NCBI GenBank assembly: GCA_041690135.1
Contig: JAWLHY010000021.1
Span: 21,970 to 85,969, forward strand
Reading direction: 5' to 3'
Length of the DNA stretch: 64,000 bases
Source: Armatimonadota bacterium
GTDB lineage: Bacteria > Armatimonadota > SYMT01
Made by a program: the position numbers and the translations under genes. Within the stretch, counting starts at the first letter, position 1, and each line of letters starts with the position of its first letter. The notes beneath the pieces are model-generated. The model did no database searches and was not told where the DNA came from. It saw only the letters and a program-made list of their open reading frames with translations. Below, piece by piece: positions 9,447 through 19,101 of this stretch.

Positions 9447-11030
9447 ATGTCTGATTTCACTGCACAGCAGAGCCGCGCCGAAAAGATGGACCGCGCCATG
9501 ACGGTCGTCAGCGGTTGGGCGGCGATCGTCCTGGGCGTGCTGGCGACGCACCGCCTCGTGGCCCAGGGCGCGATGGACTGGTGGTCGCGCGCCGGACTGA
9601 TCCTGTCATTCGGCCTCGCGATCATGTGGATCTGGGGCTTCTGGCCCGAAATCGCGGCGCGCACCCGCTCCTGGGTACGCGGCGGCGGGTTCAATACGGC
9701 CGCCATCGCCATCGGGCTGGTCGTGGCCCTGATCCTGACGAACGCGGTGGTCCGCCGGCGCATGGTGGTCAAGTGGGACCTCACCAAGAACCAGCGGTTC
9801 ACCCTGGCCCCGCGCACCAAGGAGATCCTCAAGAGCCTGGACAAGCCGGTCAAGGCGACCGTGTTCGTGCCTGCGGGTCGTTCGCTGTCCCGACCTCGTG
9901 ACCTGTTCAAGCAGTACGAAGACGCCAGCGGCAACTTCCAGTGGGAGCATGTGGACCCCCTCGTGGAGCAGACCAAGCTGCTGGCGATGCAGCCGCCGCC
10001 GAAACTGAACTCCATGGATCTCACCGGAGCCCGCCTGACCTACGGCGACAAGTTCCAGGACATCACGGACTTCACCGAGAAGGAAGTCACCAGCGCCATC
10101 CTCAAGATGACGCGCGACACCCAGCGGAAGATCGTGTTCCTGCAGGGTCATGGGGAGCCGGAGCTCGAGGGAGCCGGCGCGACCAGCGACCCGGGCAAGT
10201 CGATCCAGGAAGTCGTGAACGGCCTGAAGGAAGTCGATTGGCAGGTCGAGGGCGTCAGCCTCTATGGCAAGGACGTTAAGGCGCTCGACCCGGCGGAAGT
10301 GGCAGTGCTCGTCATTGCGGGGCCGGAGCGGGACCTGGCGGATGAGGAAGCCAAGCGGATCAACGAGTACCTCAACAAGGGTGGGCGGGTGCTTCTGCTG
10401 CTCAACCCCGGCGGCCCCAACTACGCCAACTTCCTGAAGGACTGGGGCATCAAGACGGGGGACGACATCGTCCTCGATCGCAGCCAGCAGGGACTGGTGA
10501 TGGTCTCGGCCAGCCGCGACTCGCACGAAGCCGTGCGGCCCGGACGCCGCGTGCTGTTCCAGCCGCTCCGCAGCGTTACGGCCGTCAGCCCGGCGCCCAC
10601 CGGCGTCACCGTGACGGAGATCCTGAAGTCGGGCGAGTTCAGCGAGTCCGTCGCCGGCTACAAGCCGGGCAAGCCGGTGGACCTCGCCCAGGCCAAGCCC
10701 GGCCCGGTCGGCCTGGCCGCCCTGGCGGAGAAGACCCTCGGCACGGGTGATGACGCGAAGAAGGCGCGCCTGATCGTGGTGGGCGACAGTGCGTTCATGT
10801 CGGACCAGTGGACTCGCCTGCCCTCGTTCTTCAACCTGGACCTGGCTTCCGGGCTGGTGAACTACCTGGGCGAGGAAGAGGCCCTGGTCGCCATCGCGCC
10901 CAAGGATGAGAACACGGAACAGGCCTTCCTCACGCCCGAGCAGGGCCGGCTCCTGCCGCTGTTCCACTTCATCGACTTTCCGCTCCTGACACTGCTCCTG
11001 GCAGTGGTGGTTTACCTGAAGCGCAGATAA
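9447..11030 (+). CDS. GldG-like ABC auxiliary protein
   Basis: WDLT.N.RFTL...T..IL..L, FLQGHGE, V.VIAGP..D, YL..GG..L, LIVVGDS.F and N.DL....VNYL motifs; N- and C-terminal TM segments. Confidence 0.88.
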   Translation: MSDFTAQQSRAEKMDRAMTVVSGWAAIVLGVLATHRLVAQGAMDWWSRAGLILSFGLAIMWIWGFWPEIAARTRSWVRGGGFNTAAIAIGLVVALILTNAVVRRRMVVKWDLTKNQRFTLAPRTKEILKSLDKPVKATVFVPAGRSLSRPRDLFKQYEDASGNFQWEHVDPLVEQTKLLAMQPPPKLNSMDLTGARLTYGDKFQDITDFTEKEVTSAILKMTRDTQRKIVFLQGHGEPELEGAGATSDPGKSIQEVVNGLKEVDWQVEGVSLYGKDVKALDPAEVAVLVIAGPERDLADEEAKRINEYLNKGGRVLLLLNPGGPNYANFLKDWGIKTGDDIVLDRSQQGLVMVSASRDSHEAVRPGRRVLFQPLRSVTAVSPAPTGVTVTEILKSGEFSESVAGYKPGKPVDLAQAKPGPVGLAALAEKTLGTGDDAKKARLIVVGDSAFMSDQWTRLPSFFNLDLASGLVNYLGEEEALVAIAPKDENTEQAFLTPEQGRLLPLFHFIDFPLLTLLLAVVVYLKRR

Positions 11031-11034
11031 GTCT

Positions 11035-12486
11035 ATGGCAGATGTAGCGGTCAAGAAGAAGAAAAGCGCCCTCAAGGGGAAGGGCGGCCTGGTGATGCTC
11101 GCGGTGGTGGCCGGTCTGGGCGTGGTGTACTTCCTCGACCAGAAGGCCCCCCCGCCGCGGGATCCCGACTCGGAGCCGCCGGTCTCGGAGTTCGTCCACG
11201 CCACGTCGAAAGATGTGCGTCGGGTGGAGGTGAAGCGGGGCGACGGCGCCTTCACCCTGGTGAAGAACGGAGACCAGTGGGCCTTCGAGGCCCCCGCGAA
11301 GTTCCGTGCCAACTCCGAGTCGGTCACCTCCTGGCTGAAGGGCCTGCTCGAGGATGCCACGGTCAGCCGGGCCCTCAAGGGGAAGGCGGAGAGCGTTTCG
11401 TCCTACGGTCTGGACAAGCCCAGCGCCGAGCTGGTGCTGACCACCGGGCGAGGGGAGACGCGCACCCTGCAGGTGGGAAAGGGCTTCAGCGTGCCGGGGG
11501 ACACCAGCGGCGCCAGCAGCAGCTTCTACGCCCGGGAGGCCAAAGATGGTCGCCTCTTCATGCTCACGTCGATGCAGGCAGACGACGTAATGAAGAAGAA
11601 ACTCGAAGACCTGCGGGACAAGCGCCTGCTGGTGCTGGGCGAAGAGAAGGGCGTTCAGAAGGTCGTGATCCAGCGGTCGGCCGGCACCCTGGAAGTGACG
11701 CGGAGCGGCGAAGACAAGTGGAACCTGGTCCAACCATTCCAGGCGCCCGCGGACAGCGCGGACGTGAGCTCGCTTCTAAGCCAGGCCAAGTCCGCCGAAG
11801 CGGAGTCGTTCGCTGAGGACAGCGCCGCGGACATGGCGAAGTACGGTCTCGACCAGCCCCGCCTGACGCTGAAGGTCACCGACAAGAAGGGAACCCACAC
11901 CCTGCTGTTCGGAAAGGCGACGAGCGACGGGAAGGTCTATGCGGCGCGGGAAGGGGAGAAGGAGGTGACCCTGGTCTCCAAGTTCACCTTCGAGAGCTTC
12001 GACAAGAAGCCGTCCGACCTGCGCGACCGGAAGCTGATCTCCCTCGCCGAGGACAAGATCACCTACCTCGACCTCAAGAACCCGCACGGCGCGATGCGTC
12101 TCCAGAAGGTGGGCAGCGACTGGCAATTCGCCGACGCGACCGACCCGAAGGAGAAGAAGGCGAAGACGGATACGGTGGAGCAGATCCTCACCGATATCCG
12201 GTCCTCCGCGGACCGGCACGTGGAAGAGGCCCCCGCCGATCTTGCGAAGTACGGCCTGGACAAGCCGGTGGTCACCGTGCAGGTGAACGACGGCCGCAGT
12301 TCCACCCAGGTGCTGACCCTCGGCAAGAAGACCCCGGGCGGCAACTATTTCGCGCGAGGGAATGGCCCGGCCGTGTTCGAGGTCCAGTCCTTTGTCTACG
12401 AAGGCCTGAACGTCAAGCGCGATGCCCTCAAGGCCCAGCCGGAAGAGACCAAAGCCGAGGGGGCGAAAGCCGAAGACAAGAAGTAG
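11035..12486 (+). CDS. DUF4340 domain protein (three repeats)
   Basis: N-terminal TM anchor; three repeats each with W....P..A and YGLD.P....GK; usual fourth gene of GldAFG-like operons. Confidence 0.85.
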   Translation: MADVAVKKKKSALKGKGGLVMLAVVAGLGVVYFLDQKAPPPRDPDSEPPVSEFVHATSKDVRRVEVKRGDGAFTLVKNGDQWAFEAPAKFRANSESVTSWLKGLLEDATVSRALKGKAESVSSYGLDKPSAELVLTTGRGETRTLQVGKGFSVPGDTSGASSSFYAREAKDGRLFMLTSMQADDVMKKKLEDLRDKRLLVLGEEKGVQKVVIQRSAGTLEVTRSGEDKWNLVQPFQAPADSADVSSLLSQAKSAEAESFAEDSAADMAKYGLDQPRLTLKVTDKKGTHTLLFGKATSDGKVYAAREGEKEVTLVSKFTFESFDKKPSDLRDRKLISLAEDKITYLDLKNPHGAMRLQKVGSDWQFADATDPKEKKAKTDTVEQILTDIRSSADRHVEEAPADLAKYGLDKPVVTVQVNDGRSSTQVLTLGKKTPGGNYFARGNGPAVFEVQSFVYEGLNVKRDALKAQPEETKAEGAKAEDKK

Positions 12487-12507
12487 GCCGGCTTCGCCTC
12501 CGGACAT

Positions 12508-12547
12508 AAAGAGGGGTCGCGCCGGAAACGGACGCGGCCCCTTTTTC
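12508..12547. terminator. Bidirectional terminator between convergent genes
   Basis: aaagaggggtcgcg..cgcggcccctttt hairpin with A/T flanks. Confidence 0.7.
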
Positions 12548-12574
12548 AAGCCCTGGCTATGCCGAACTCGAAGC

Positions 12575-13393
12575 TCAAGCTTCCTCCGGGGGATTCTGCC
12601 GCCGTAGCCTTTCCAACTCGGCTTGCAAACGCTCGACCTCCAGCGCCAATTGGTCCGCGCGCCGGCGCTCAGATTCCGCATTCCGTCTTGCGGTCTCGGC
12701 GTTCCGCCGTTCCTCTTCCGCACGGAGCCACTCCCTCTCCGCGCGCTCACGCTCGGCTTCAAGCTGGGTGTGCATCTCGCGATAGAGAGCCACCCATTCG
12801 GTCGCCTCGGGCACCGGCGCACCGTCGAGACCGTAGATGCGCAAGAGGATCTCCGTGTCGCGGGAAAAGGCAACACCCAGGCCGGCACTGTGGTACCGGC
12901 CGTCAGCCGCCGGCTGCTGGCGCCGATAGACCCCACCTTCCAACCGGAAGAAGAGCAGCTCATCGCGATCTTCATCGTAGATCAGGTACTCCGGCACGCG
13001 CAGGACATTCTGGTAAATCTCCAGCTTCTTTCCGCGGTCGTCCCCGCGACTGCCTTCCGACGAGATCTCAATGACGAGGTCCGGCACGGCCTCTTCCCAG
13101 ATGCGGATCACAGCCCGCGGCGGCTCGTGAGGCACGCCCTGGATGACGAAGCCGTCCGGAGCGATCTTCTTTTCGATGTTCCCCGGCTCCCAGTACAGGA
13201 ACTGGTCCGCACCCACGTGGACATCCTCACGAGCTTCGAAAACGTACCGGAGGGCATGGTACAGGTAGGCGATCAGGCGGAGCGCCTGCTCCGACAGCGG
13301 AACGGTGCGTTCTTCCTCGGCGGGGTAATAGATGCCGTCAGCCCCGTACCGCGAGCCGTGATCGAACCTTCTTGGGCTGGCAGGAAGTGCCAT
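12575..13393 (-). CDS. Uma2 (DUF820) family PD-(D/E)XK endonuclease with C-terminal coiled coil
   Basis: APD.FV..GV, W.E..PDLVIEISS..S...D...K..IY...L.VPEY.IYD; ERERAE coiled-coil tail; AAGGAGG RBS. Confidence 0.9.
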   Translation of the reverse strand: MALPASPRRFDHGSRYGADGIYYPAEEERTVPLSEQALRLIAYLYHALRYVFEAREDVHVGADQFLYWEPGNIEKKIAPDGFVIQGVPHEPPRAVIRIWEEAVPDLVIEISSEGSRGDDRGKKLEIYQNVLRVPEYLIYDEDRDELLFFRLEGGVYRRQQPAADGRYHSAGLGVAFSRDTEILLRIYGLDGAPVPEATEWVALYREMHTQLEAERERAEREWLRAEEERRNAETARRNAESERRRADQLALEVERLQAELERLRRQNPPEEA

Positions 13394-13579
13394 ACTCCCT
13401 CCTTGCTTGCATTATACCGCCGGACCATCAATGCACCTCCTGGCAGTGCCAACCGGGAATTCCCTGCGAGCGCCCAGTTATCATTTGGCTCTCTGGCCTG
13501 CATCCAAGGAAGGAAGCCGGTCCGCGCCTAACTCCTACTGGGGGCGGAGGTGTGGTTCCGCTCCGGAAGGAATGGCAGT

Positions 13580-15007
13580 ATGGTGGGCAAGTCGAGAGGA
13601 TTTGGGATTTTCAACTGGCTGTTAGTGTTCGTGCTTTTGCTGGGGCTGACCCTGCCCGGTCGCGCCGCGGCGAAACGTCCCAATATCGTCTTCATCCTCG
13701 TCGATGATCTCCGTTGGGACGCCCTCGGCTGCACAGGCCATCCGTTCGCCCGCACGCCCAACATCGACCGCATCGCCCGGGAAGGGGTGATGTTCCGGAA
13801 CGCTTTCGTTACCACGCCCCTTTGCTCACCGGCCAGAGCCAGCTTCCTCACCGGGCAGTATGTGCATACCCACTCGGTTCGTGGGAATGGCGCCGACTAC
13901 AACACGATCAGCCACCAACTGGTCACGTTCCCCGCGCTCCTGCAGCAGGCGAAGTATCAAACCGCCTACGTGGGCAAGTGGCACATGGGCAACGACGACA
14001 CCCCGCGGCCCGGGTTCAACCACTGGGTCAGTTTCAAGGGGCAGGGGACGCACAACGACCCGGAGATCAACGTCAACGGACGATCGCAGCGCGTGCCGGG
14101 TTACATGACCGACATCCTTTCGGACCACGCGGTCGACTTCATCCGGAAGCCCCACTCCCAGCCATTTGCCCTCTACCTTTCGCACAAGGCCGTTCACGGC
14201 CCGTTCATTCCCGCCGAACGCCACAAGAATCTGTTCACGAGCAACCCCGTCCAACGCCCCCCCGGCACGGGTGACCCGCTCGACGGCAAACCGATCCTGC
14301 GGCGGAAGGTCGGGAACCTGCCCCCGGTGGGACCGGGGACCGGCCCCGGTGAGGCGCTCGTCCGCAACCAACTCCGGATGCTGGCCGCCATTGACGAGGG
14401 CGTGGGGAAGATCCTGGAAGCGCTTCACCAGACCGGAAAGCTGGATGATACCGTCCTGGTCTTCACCAGCGACAACGGCTACTTCTGGGGCGAGCACGGC
14501 CTGGGCGACAAGCGCGCGGCCTATGAGGAGTCGATCCGGATCCCGCTGCTGGTCCGCTACCCGCGCGTGGTCCGGCCCGGCACCGTCCTGGATCAGATGG
14601 TCCTGAACGTCGATGTCGCTCCGACGCTGCTCCAACTGGGAGAGGCGAAGCGGCCAGGCACGATTCAGGGTCGCTCGCTGGTGCCCTATCTGCGGAAACC
14701 GAAGTCGGAGGGCCGGGATGCTGCCCTGTTCGAGTACTTCATGGAGCCGCATTTCCCACGGATTCCATCCTGGCAAGCGGTTCGGACCTCCCGCTGGAAG
14801 TACATCCACTACCCGAACTTCGACGGGATGGACGAGCTTTACGACTTGCAAGAAGACCGCTACGAACTGCGGAACCTGATCGAGGACCGAGAGCACCAGA
14901 AAGTGCTAAAGCAGATGCAGAAGCGGCTTCACTCACTTCTGAAGGGTACCGGGGTTAAGGATCCAGAAACGCTCCTGCTACCTGGAGGAAGGCCAAACCC
15001 GGGGTAA
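13580..15007 (+). CDS. Secreted sulfatase (N-acetylglucosamine-6-sulfatase-like)
   Basis: PNIVFILVDD, formylglycine motif CSPARAS, GKWH, FTSDNG, ELYDL..D. Confidence 0.93.
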   Translation: MVGKSRGFGIFNWLLVFVLLLGLTLPGRAAAKRPNIVFILVDDLRWDALGCTGHPFARTPNIDRIAREGVMFRNAFVTTPLCSPARASFLTGQYVHTHSVRGNGADYNTISHQLVTFPALLQQAKYQTAYVGKWHMGNDDTPRPGFNHWVSFKGQGTHNDPEINVNGRSQRVPGYMTDILSDHAVDFIRKPHSQPFALYLSHKAVHGPFIPAERHKNLFTSNPVQRPPGTGDPLDGKPILRRKVGNLPPVGPGTGPGEALVRNQLRMLAAIDEGVGKILEALHQTGKLDDTVLVFTSDNGYFWGEHGLGDKRAAYEESIRIPLLVRYPRVVRPGTVLDQMVLNVDVAPTLLQLGEAKRPGTIQGRSLVPYLRKPKSEGRDAALFEYFMEPHFPRIPSWQAVRTSRWKYIHYPNFDGMDELYDLQEDRYELRNLIEDREHQKVLKQMQKRLHSLLKGTGVKDPETLLLPGGRPNPG

Positions 15008-15028
15008 GGTGCGTGGCCCGCGTACCAT

Positions 15029-16474
15029 ATGCGACCCGGAGACAGCCCACGGCACGCTACGCCGAAAAGGCGGTCGGAATACCGGGAGATGGGGGCATCT
15101 CCGATGAAACGAAGTGCCATTGATAACTGGGTTCGCTGGGTCCGGCCACATATCGGTAAGGCGACGGTTCTCTGCATCGTCGGGTGCGCCGCCCTGCTCG
15201 TTCTCAGAGTACCGCCTCCCTGGGCTATCGGCTGCCTGCTGGCTTCGCTTTCCTTTCTATATCTCCCCATCCTTTTCAGGGTACTGGCACTTGCGCGGTA
15301 CGCGGAAGGCGAGTGGTTTGAGAAGGACAATGTGCGCCTCATCTGTCCAATTGGTCTGGTAGATCATCTGGACACCGATGCGTGCCTCCAGGCCGCAGTC
15401 GACGCCTGGAAGGAGATCGGCGTTCTACTACACGGAAATCCCGATGGCACGCTCATCCGTATCGTAGTGATCCCTACCTCTGATGAACTTACTCGCCTAT
15501 TGGGACAGGAAACCGGCGGGATGGCACTGATCGACTACGTCTTGATCGGCGCCGACTTCCTTACCACGCCGACTAGGACCCGGGAATCTCTGCGCCACGA
15601 GATAGCGCACCTCCAGAGCAAACCATTCGGTAGACGAAAGCCTAGCTTCATCGAAGAAGGTCTGGCTGTCTGGTTACAGGGGAGCGATTACGGAAGACCG
15701 ATACACGCGCCGCCAATCGCACGAATCCAGCTTGGGAATATCCCTCGCCTCAAGACAATTGGAAGAGCCCGAGTATTCGACAGCAACCCGCACGATAGCT
15801 ATGCCGCTGCGGGTAGCTTTACCGGATTTTTGATCGACTACTTCGGCTGGAGAACCTACCTGGAATTCTACCGGTGCGTAACACCTCGTTGGACAGGTCC
15901 ATTCCAGAAGGTCTTCGGCCTGACGCCGGAACAGGCGGAGAAGCTGTGGCACGAATACCTCTCATCCCTCGAAGGCGAACTCGAGCCCCACGTTACAGTG
16001 CTGGCAGCCGAACGCCGAGTGCTGGAGACTTGTGACAGGGGGCGGTGGAAGGAGTGCCTGGCAGAAGGCGCCAAAGCCCGCAGCCAGGCAACCGTTACCT
16101 CGCGCATGCTGTGGTCGTTCTCCAGCGCCGCCGCGAACGTGGGTGACCTGACGACAGCGGCAGAGGCCCTGGAGCAGGCAATCGCGCTGGGGGATGACTG
16201 GGTCGTGCCCTACTTGAGTGAAGGTTGGCTCTCACTGGGACAGCTTTACGAAGGTCTGGGCCGACGGAAAGAGGCCATCGGCGCCTACCGGAAGGCACTT
16301 GAGCTGCCTGACTACCTGGGATCTTCGTCGACCCACCAGGAGGCTCGCCGCCATCTGGAGTTACTCGGCGCCCGTGGTGAGCCGGCGGTCCGGAGATCTA
16401 TTCCATCAAGTCAAGCCGAGGTGGAAGCCGCATCTGGAGGAGAATCCGGACGGCGACCGGGAAGTGAAGAGTAA
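15029..16474 (+). CDS. Membrane-anchored MA-clan zinc metallopeptidase-like protein with C-terminal TPR
   Basis: Two N-terminal TM helices; HEIAH...EEGLA gluzincin pattern; Y..AGSF..FL; TPR-like LG.LY...G...EA...YRKALEL; start uncertain. Confidence 0.7.
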   Translation: MRPGDSPRHATPKRRSEYREMGASPMKRSAIDNWVRWVRPHIGKATVLCIVGCAALLVLRVPPPWAIGCLLASLSFLYLPILFRVLALARYAEGEWFEKDNVRLICPIGLVDHLDTDACLQAAVDAWKEIGVLLHGNPDGTLIRIVVIPTSDELTRLLGQETGGMALIDYVLIGADFLTTPTRTRESLRHEIAHLQSKPFGRRKPSFIEEGLAVWLQGSDYGRPIHAPPIARIQLGNIPRLKTIGRARVFDSNPHDSYAAAGSFTGFLIDYFGWRTYLEFYRCVTPRWTGPFQKVFGLTPEQAEKLWHEYLSSLEGELEPHVTVLAAERRVLETCDRGRWKECLAEGAKARSQATVTSRMLWSFSSAAANVGDLTTAAEALEQAIALGDDWVVPYLSEGWLSLGQLYEGLGRRKEAIGAYRKALELPDYLGSSSTHQEARRHLELLGARGEPAVRRSIPSSQAEVEAASGGESGRRPGSEE

Positions 16475-18189
16475 TGGCTACACAAAGTGTCCCCCACAGG
16501 CCCGGTTCCATTCGCCCGCGTCCCACGGCCGTTGCCTTTGCGGTGTTGCCGCTGGGCCTGGTCTGGAGCGCGTCCGCCGAGACCCGGCGCGCGGAGCGCC
16601 CGAACATCGTCCTGATCATCACCGATGACCAGGGGTACGCCGACCTGGGGCTGCATGGGAATGAGAAGATCCGCACGCCCAACCTGGACCGCCTGGGCCG
16701 CGAGAGCGTGCGGTTCTCGCAGTTCTGTGTGAGCCCGGTCTGCGCCCCCACCCGCGCCTCGCTGATGACCGGCCGGTACAACTACCGGACCGGCGTGGTG
16801 GACACCTACCTCGGGCGGGCGATGATGCACCCGGACGAGGTAACGCTGCCGGAGGTCCTGTACCGCGAGGGGTACCGGACCGGCATCTTCGGCAAGTGGC
16901 ACCTGGGCGACAACCACCCCATGCGGCCGATCGACCAGGGCTTTCAGGAAGCCCTCACCCATAACGGCGGCGGCATCGACCAGCCCGGAGACCCGCCGGG
17001 CACGGCCGGCTACTTCGATCCGGCGCTGTTCCGGAACGGCAAGCTCGTGAAGACGAAGGGTTATTGCACGGACGTCTTCACCGACGCCGCTCTCCAGTTC
17101 ATCGAGAAGCACCGGTCCCGGCCCTTCTTTGCCTACCTGGCCACAAACGCGCCGCACGACCCGCTGCAGGTGGACGAGCGCTACGTGGAGCCGTACCGGA
17201 AACTGGGGCTGGACGAGCGCACCGCCAAGATTTACGGCATGGTGACCAACCTGGATGAGAATGTCGGTCGCCTGCTCGAGAAGCTCCGGCAATTGAACCT
17301 GGAGCGCGAGACGATCCTGTTGTTCATGACCGACAACGGTCCCGCGGGACGGCGGGCCTACAACGCGGGGCTCCGCGCCCAGAAGGGCTCCCCATACGAA
17401 GGCGGCATCCGGGCGCCGCTGTTCGTCCGCTGGCCGGGCGTGCTGCAACCCGGTCACACGGTGGACCGCCTGGCCGGGCATATCGACCTGTTCCCAACGC
17501 TCCTGGAGGCCGCCGGAGCAGAACCACCTCCAGGGGTGAAGATCGATGGTAGGAGCCTTTTACCCCTACTCCGCGAACCACAGAGCGCAACGACCGCCTG
17601 GCCCAACCGCACCCTGTATTTCCAGTGGCATCGCGGCGACCGCCCCGAGCCATTCCGCGGCTCCGCCATCCGGGGCCAGCGGTATAAGCTGGTCGAAGGG
17701 AAGGAGCTGTACGACCTGCAAGGAGATCCCGGCGAGACGAAGGATCTCTCCGCGCAGCACCCGGAGATCGTCACGCGGATGCGCCGCGACTACTGGGCCT
17801 GGTACCGCGACGTGTCTTCCACGCGCGGGTACGATCCGCCGCGGATCACCCTGGGCACGCGACATGAGGACCCGGTCGTGCTCTCTCGGCAGGACTGGCG
17901 CGGCCCGGACGCAGGGTGGACGCCCAAATCGGTGGGGCACTGGGAGGTGGAGACCGCCCGCTCCGGTCGTTACGAAGTCACCCTCCGCCTCGCGTCCAAC
18001 ACCCCCACCGGCGAAGCGCACTTCCGCCTCGGACCGGTGTCCGCGAAGCAGCCGGTCCCGGCCGGCAGCGCCACCTGCGTATTCCGGAACCTGCAACTCC
18101 CCGCCGGACCGGGACGCCTGGAAGCCTGGGTGGAGACCGCATCCGCCAAACTCGGCGTACACTACGTTGAAGCACGTAGACGGGAGTAG
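16474..18189 (+). CDS. Secreted arylsulfatase with C-terminal beta domain
   Basis: PNIVLIITDDQG, CAPTRASLMTGRY, GKWHLG, TDNG, KGSPYEGGIR. Confidence 0.93.
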   Translation: MATQSVPHRPGSIRPRPTAVAFAVLPLGLVWSASAETRRAERPNIVLIITDDQGYADLGLHGNEKIRTPNLDRLGRESVRFSQFCVSPVCAPTRASLMTGRYNYRTGVVDTYLGRAMMHPDEVTLPEVLYREGYRTGIFGKWHLGDNHPMRPIDQGFQEALTHNGGGIDQPGDPPGTAGYFDPALFRNGKLVKTKGYCTDVFTDAALQFIEKHRSRPFFAYLATNAPHDPLQVDERYVEPYRKLGLDERTAKIYGMVTNLDENVGRLLEKLRQLNLERETILLFMTDNGPAGRRAYNAGLRAQKGSPYEGGIRAPLFVRWPGVLQPGHTVDRLAGHIDLFPTLLEAAGAEPPPGVKIDGRSLLPLLREPQSATTAWPNRTLYFQWHRGDRPEPFRGSAIRGQRYKLVEGKELYDLQGDPGETKDLSAQHPEIVTRMRRDYWAWYRDVSSTRGYDPPRITLGTRHEDPVVLSRQDWRGPDAGWTPKSVGHWEVETARSGRYEVTLRLASNTPTGEAHFRLGPVSAKQPVPAGSATCVFRNLQLPAGPGRLEAWVETASAKLGVHYVEARRRE

Positions 18190-18194
18190 GCGAA

Positions 18195-19097
18195 GTGAAA
18201 GTACTGGTCTCGGGAGCAGGGGGGCTGGTCGGATCGGAACTGGTGCCCACGCTGGAACGGGCAGGACATACGGTGGTGCGCCTGGTCCGAACCCCTCCCA
18301 GGGATGGAAGCGAAATCCAGTGGGATCCCATGGGAGGCAGGTTGGATGCGGCCGCCCTGGAGGCGGCAGGCATCGAGGGCGTCATCCACCTGGCGGGGGA
18401 GAACATCGCGGAGGGGCGGTGGTCCGCGGAGCAAAAGCAGCGAATCCGCGACAGCCGCGTGAAAGGCACCCAGTTGCTGGCTTCCACCCTGGCGCGGATG
18501 GCACAGCCGCCCGCGGTGCTGGTTTCCGCCTCGGCGACAGGTTTCTACGGGGACCGAGGCGACGAGATCCTGACAGAGGACAGCCCCTCCGGCTCCGATT
18601 TCCTCTCCGCCGTCTGCCGGGAGTGGGAGGCCGCCACCCAGCCCGCCGAGCAGGCCGGAATCCGGGTCGTCCATGCCCGGTTCGGGATTATCCTCAGCCC
18701 GGAGGGGGGCGCACTCGCCAAAATGCTACCACCCTTTCGCCTGGGTGCCGGCGGACCGTTCGGGAGCGGGCGCCAGTGGATGAGCTGGATCGCCCTGGAG
18801 GATGCCGTCGGAGCCGTATTGCGCTCGCTGATGAACGACCATTTGCGCGGGCCGGTGAACGTGGTGGCGCCGAACGCGGTGCGCAACGCCGAGTTCGCGC
18901 GGGTCCTGGGGCACGTTCTGGGTCGTCCGGCCGCGGTGCCTGCACCCGCGTTCGCCCTGCGCCTGATGTTGGGAGAAATGGCCGACGCGCTGCTGCTCTC
19001 CGGGCAGCACGTCCAACCGGCACGGCTGACAGCCGCCGGGTTCGCATTTCGCTATCCCGAACTGGAAGGAGCTTTACGCCACCTGCTTGGAAAGTAG
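18195..19097 (+). CDS. TIGR01777 family NAD(P)-dependent epimerase/oxidoreductase (YfcH-like)
   Basis: GAGGLVG, HLAGENI..RW....K..I.DSR, SA.GFYG, FL..VC..WE, G.G.QWMSWI, C-terminal L...GF.F.YP. Confidence 0.92.
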   Translation: MKVLVSGAGGLVGSELVPTLERAGHTVVRLVRTPPRDGSEIQWDPMGGRLDAAALEAAGIEGVIHLAGENIAEGRWSAEQKQRIRDSRVKGTQLLASTLARMAQPPAVLVSASATGFYGDRGDEILTEDSPSGSDFLSAVCREWEAATQPAEQAGIRVVHARFGIILSPEGGALAKMLPPFRLGAGGPFGSGRQWMSWIALEDAVGAVLRSLMNDHLRGPVNVVAPNAVRNAEFARVLGHVLGRPAAVPAPAFALRLMLGEMADALLLSGQHVQPARLTAAGFAFRYPELEGALRHLLGK

Positions 19098-19101
19098 GGG
19101 T

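Noticed and set aside
9606-11378. 590-aa minus-strand ORF
   Set aside because: Antisense shadow of the GldG-like and DUF4340 genes; typical of high-GC codon bias, no motifs
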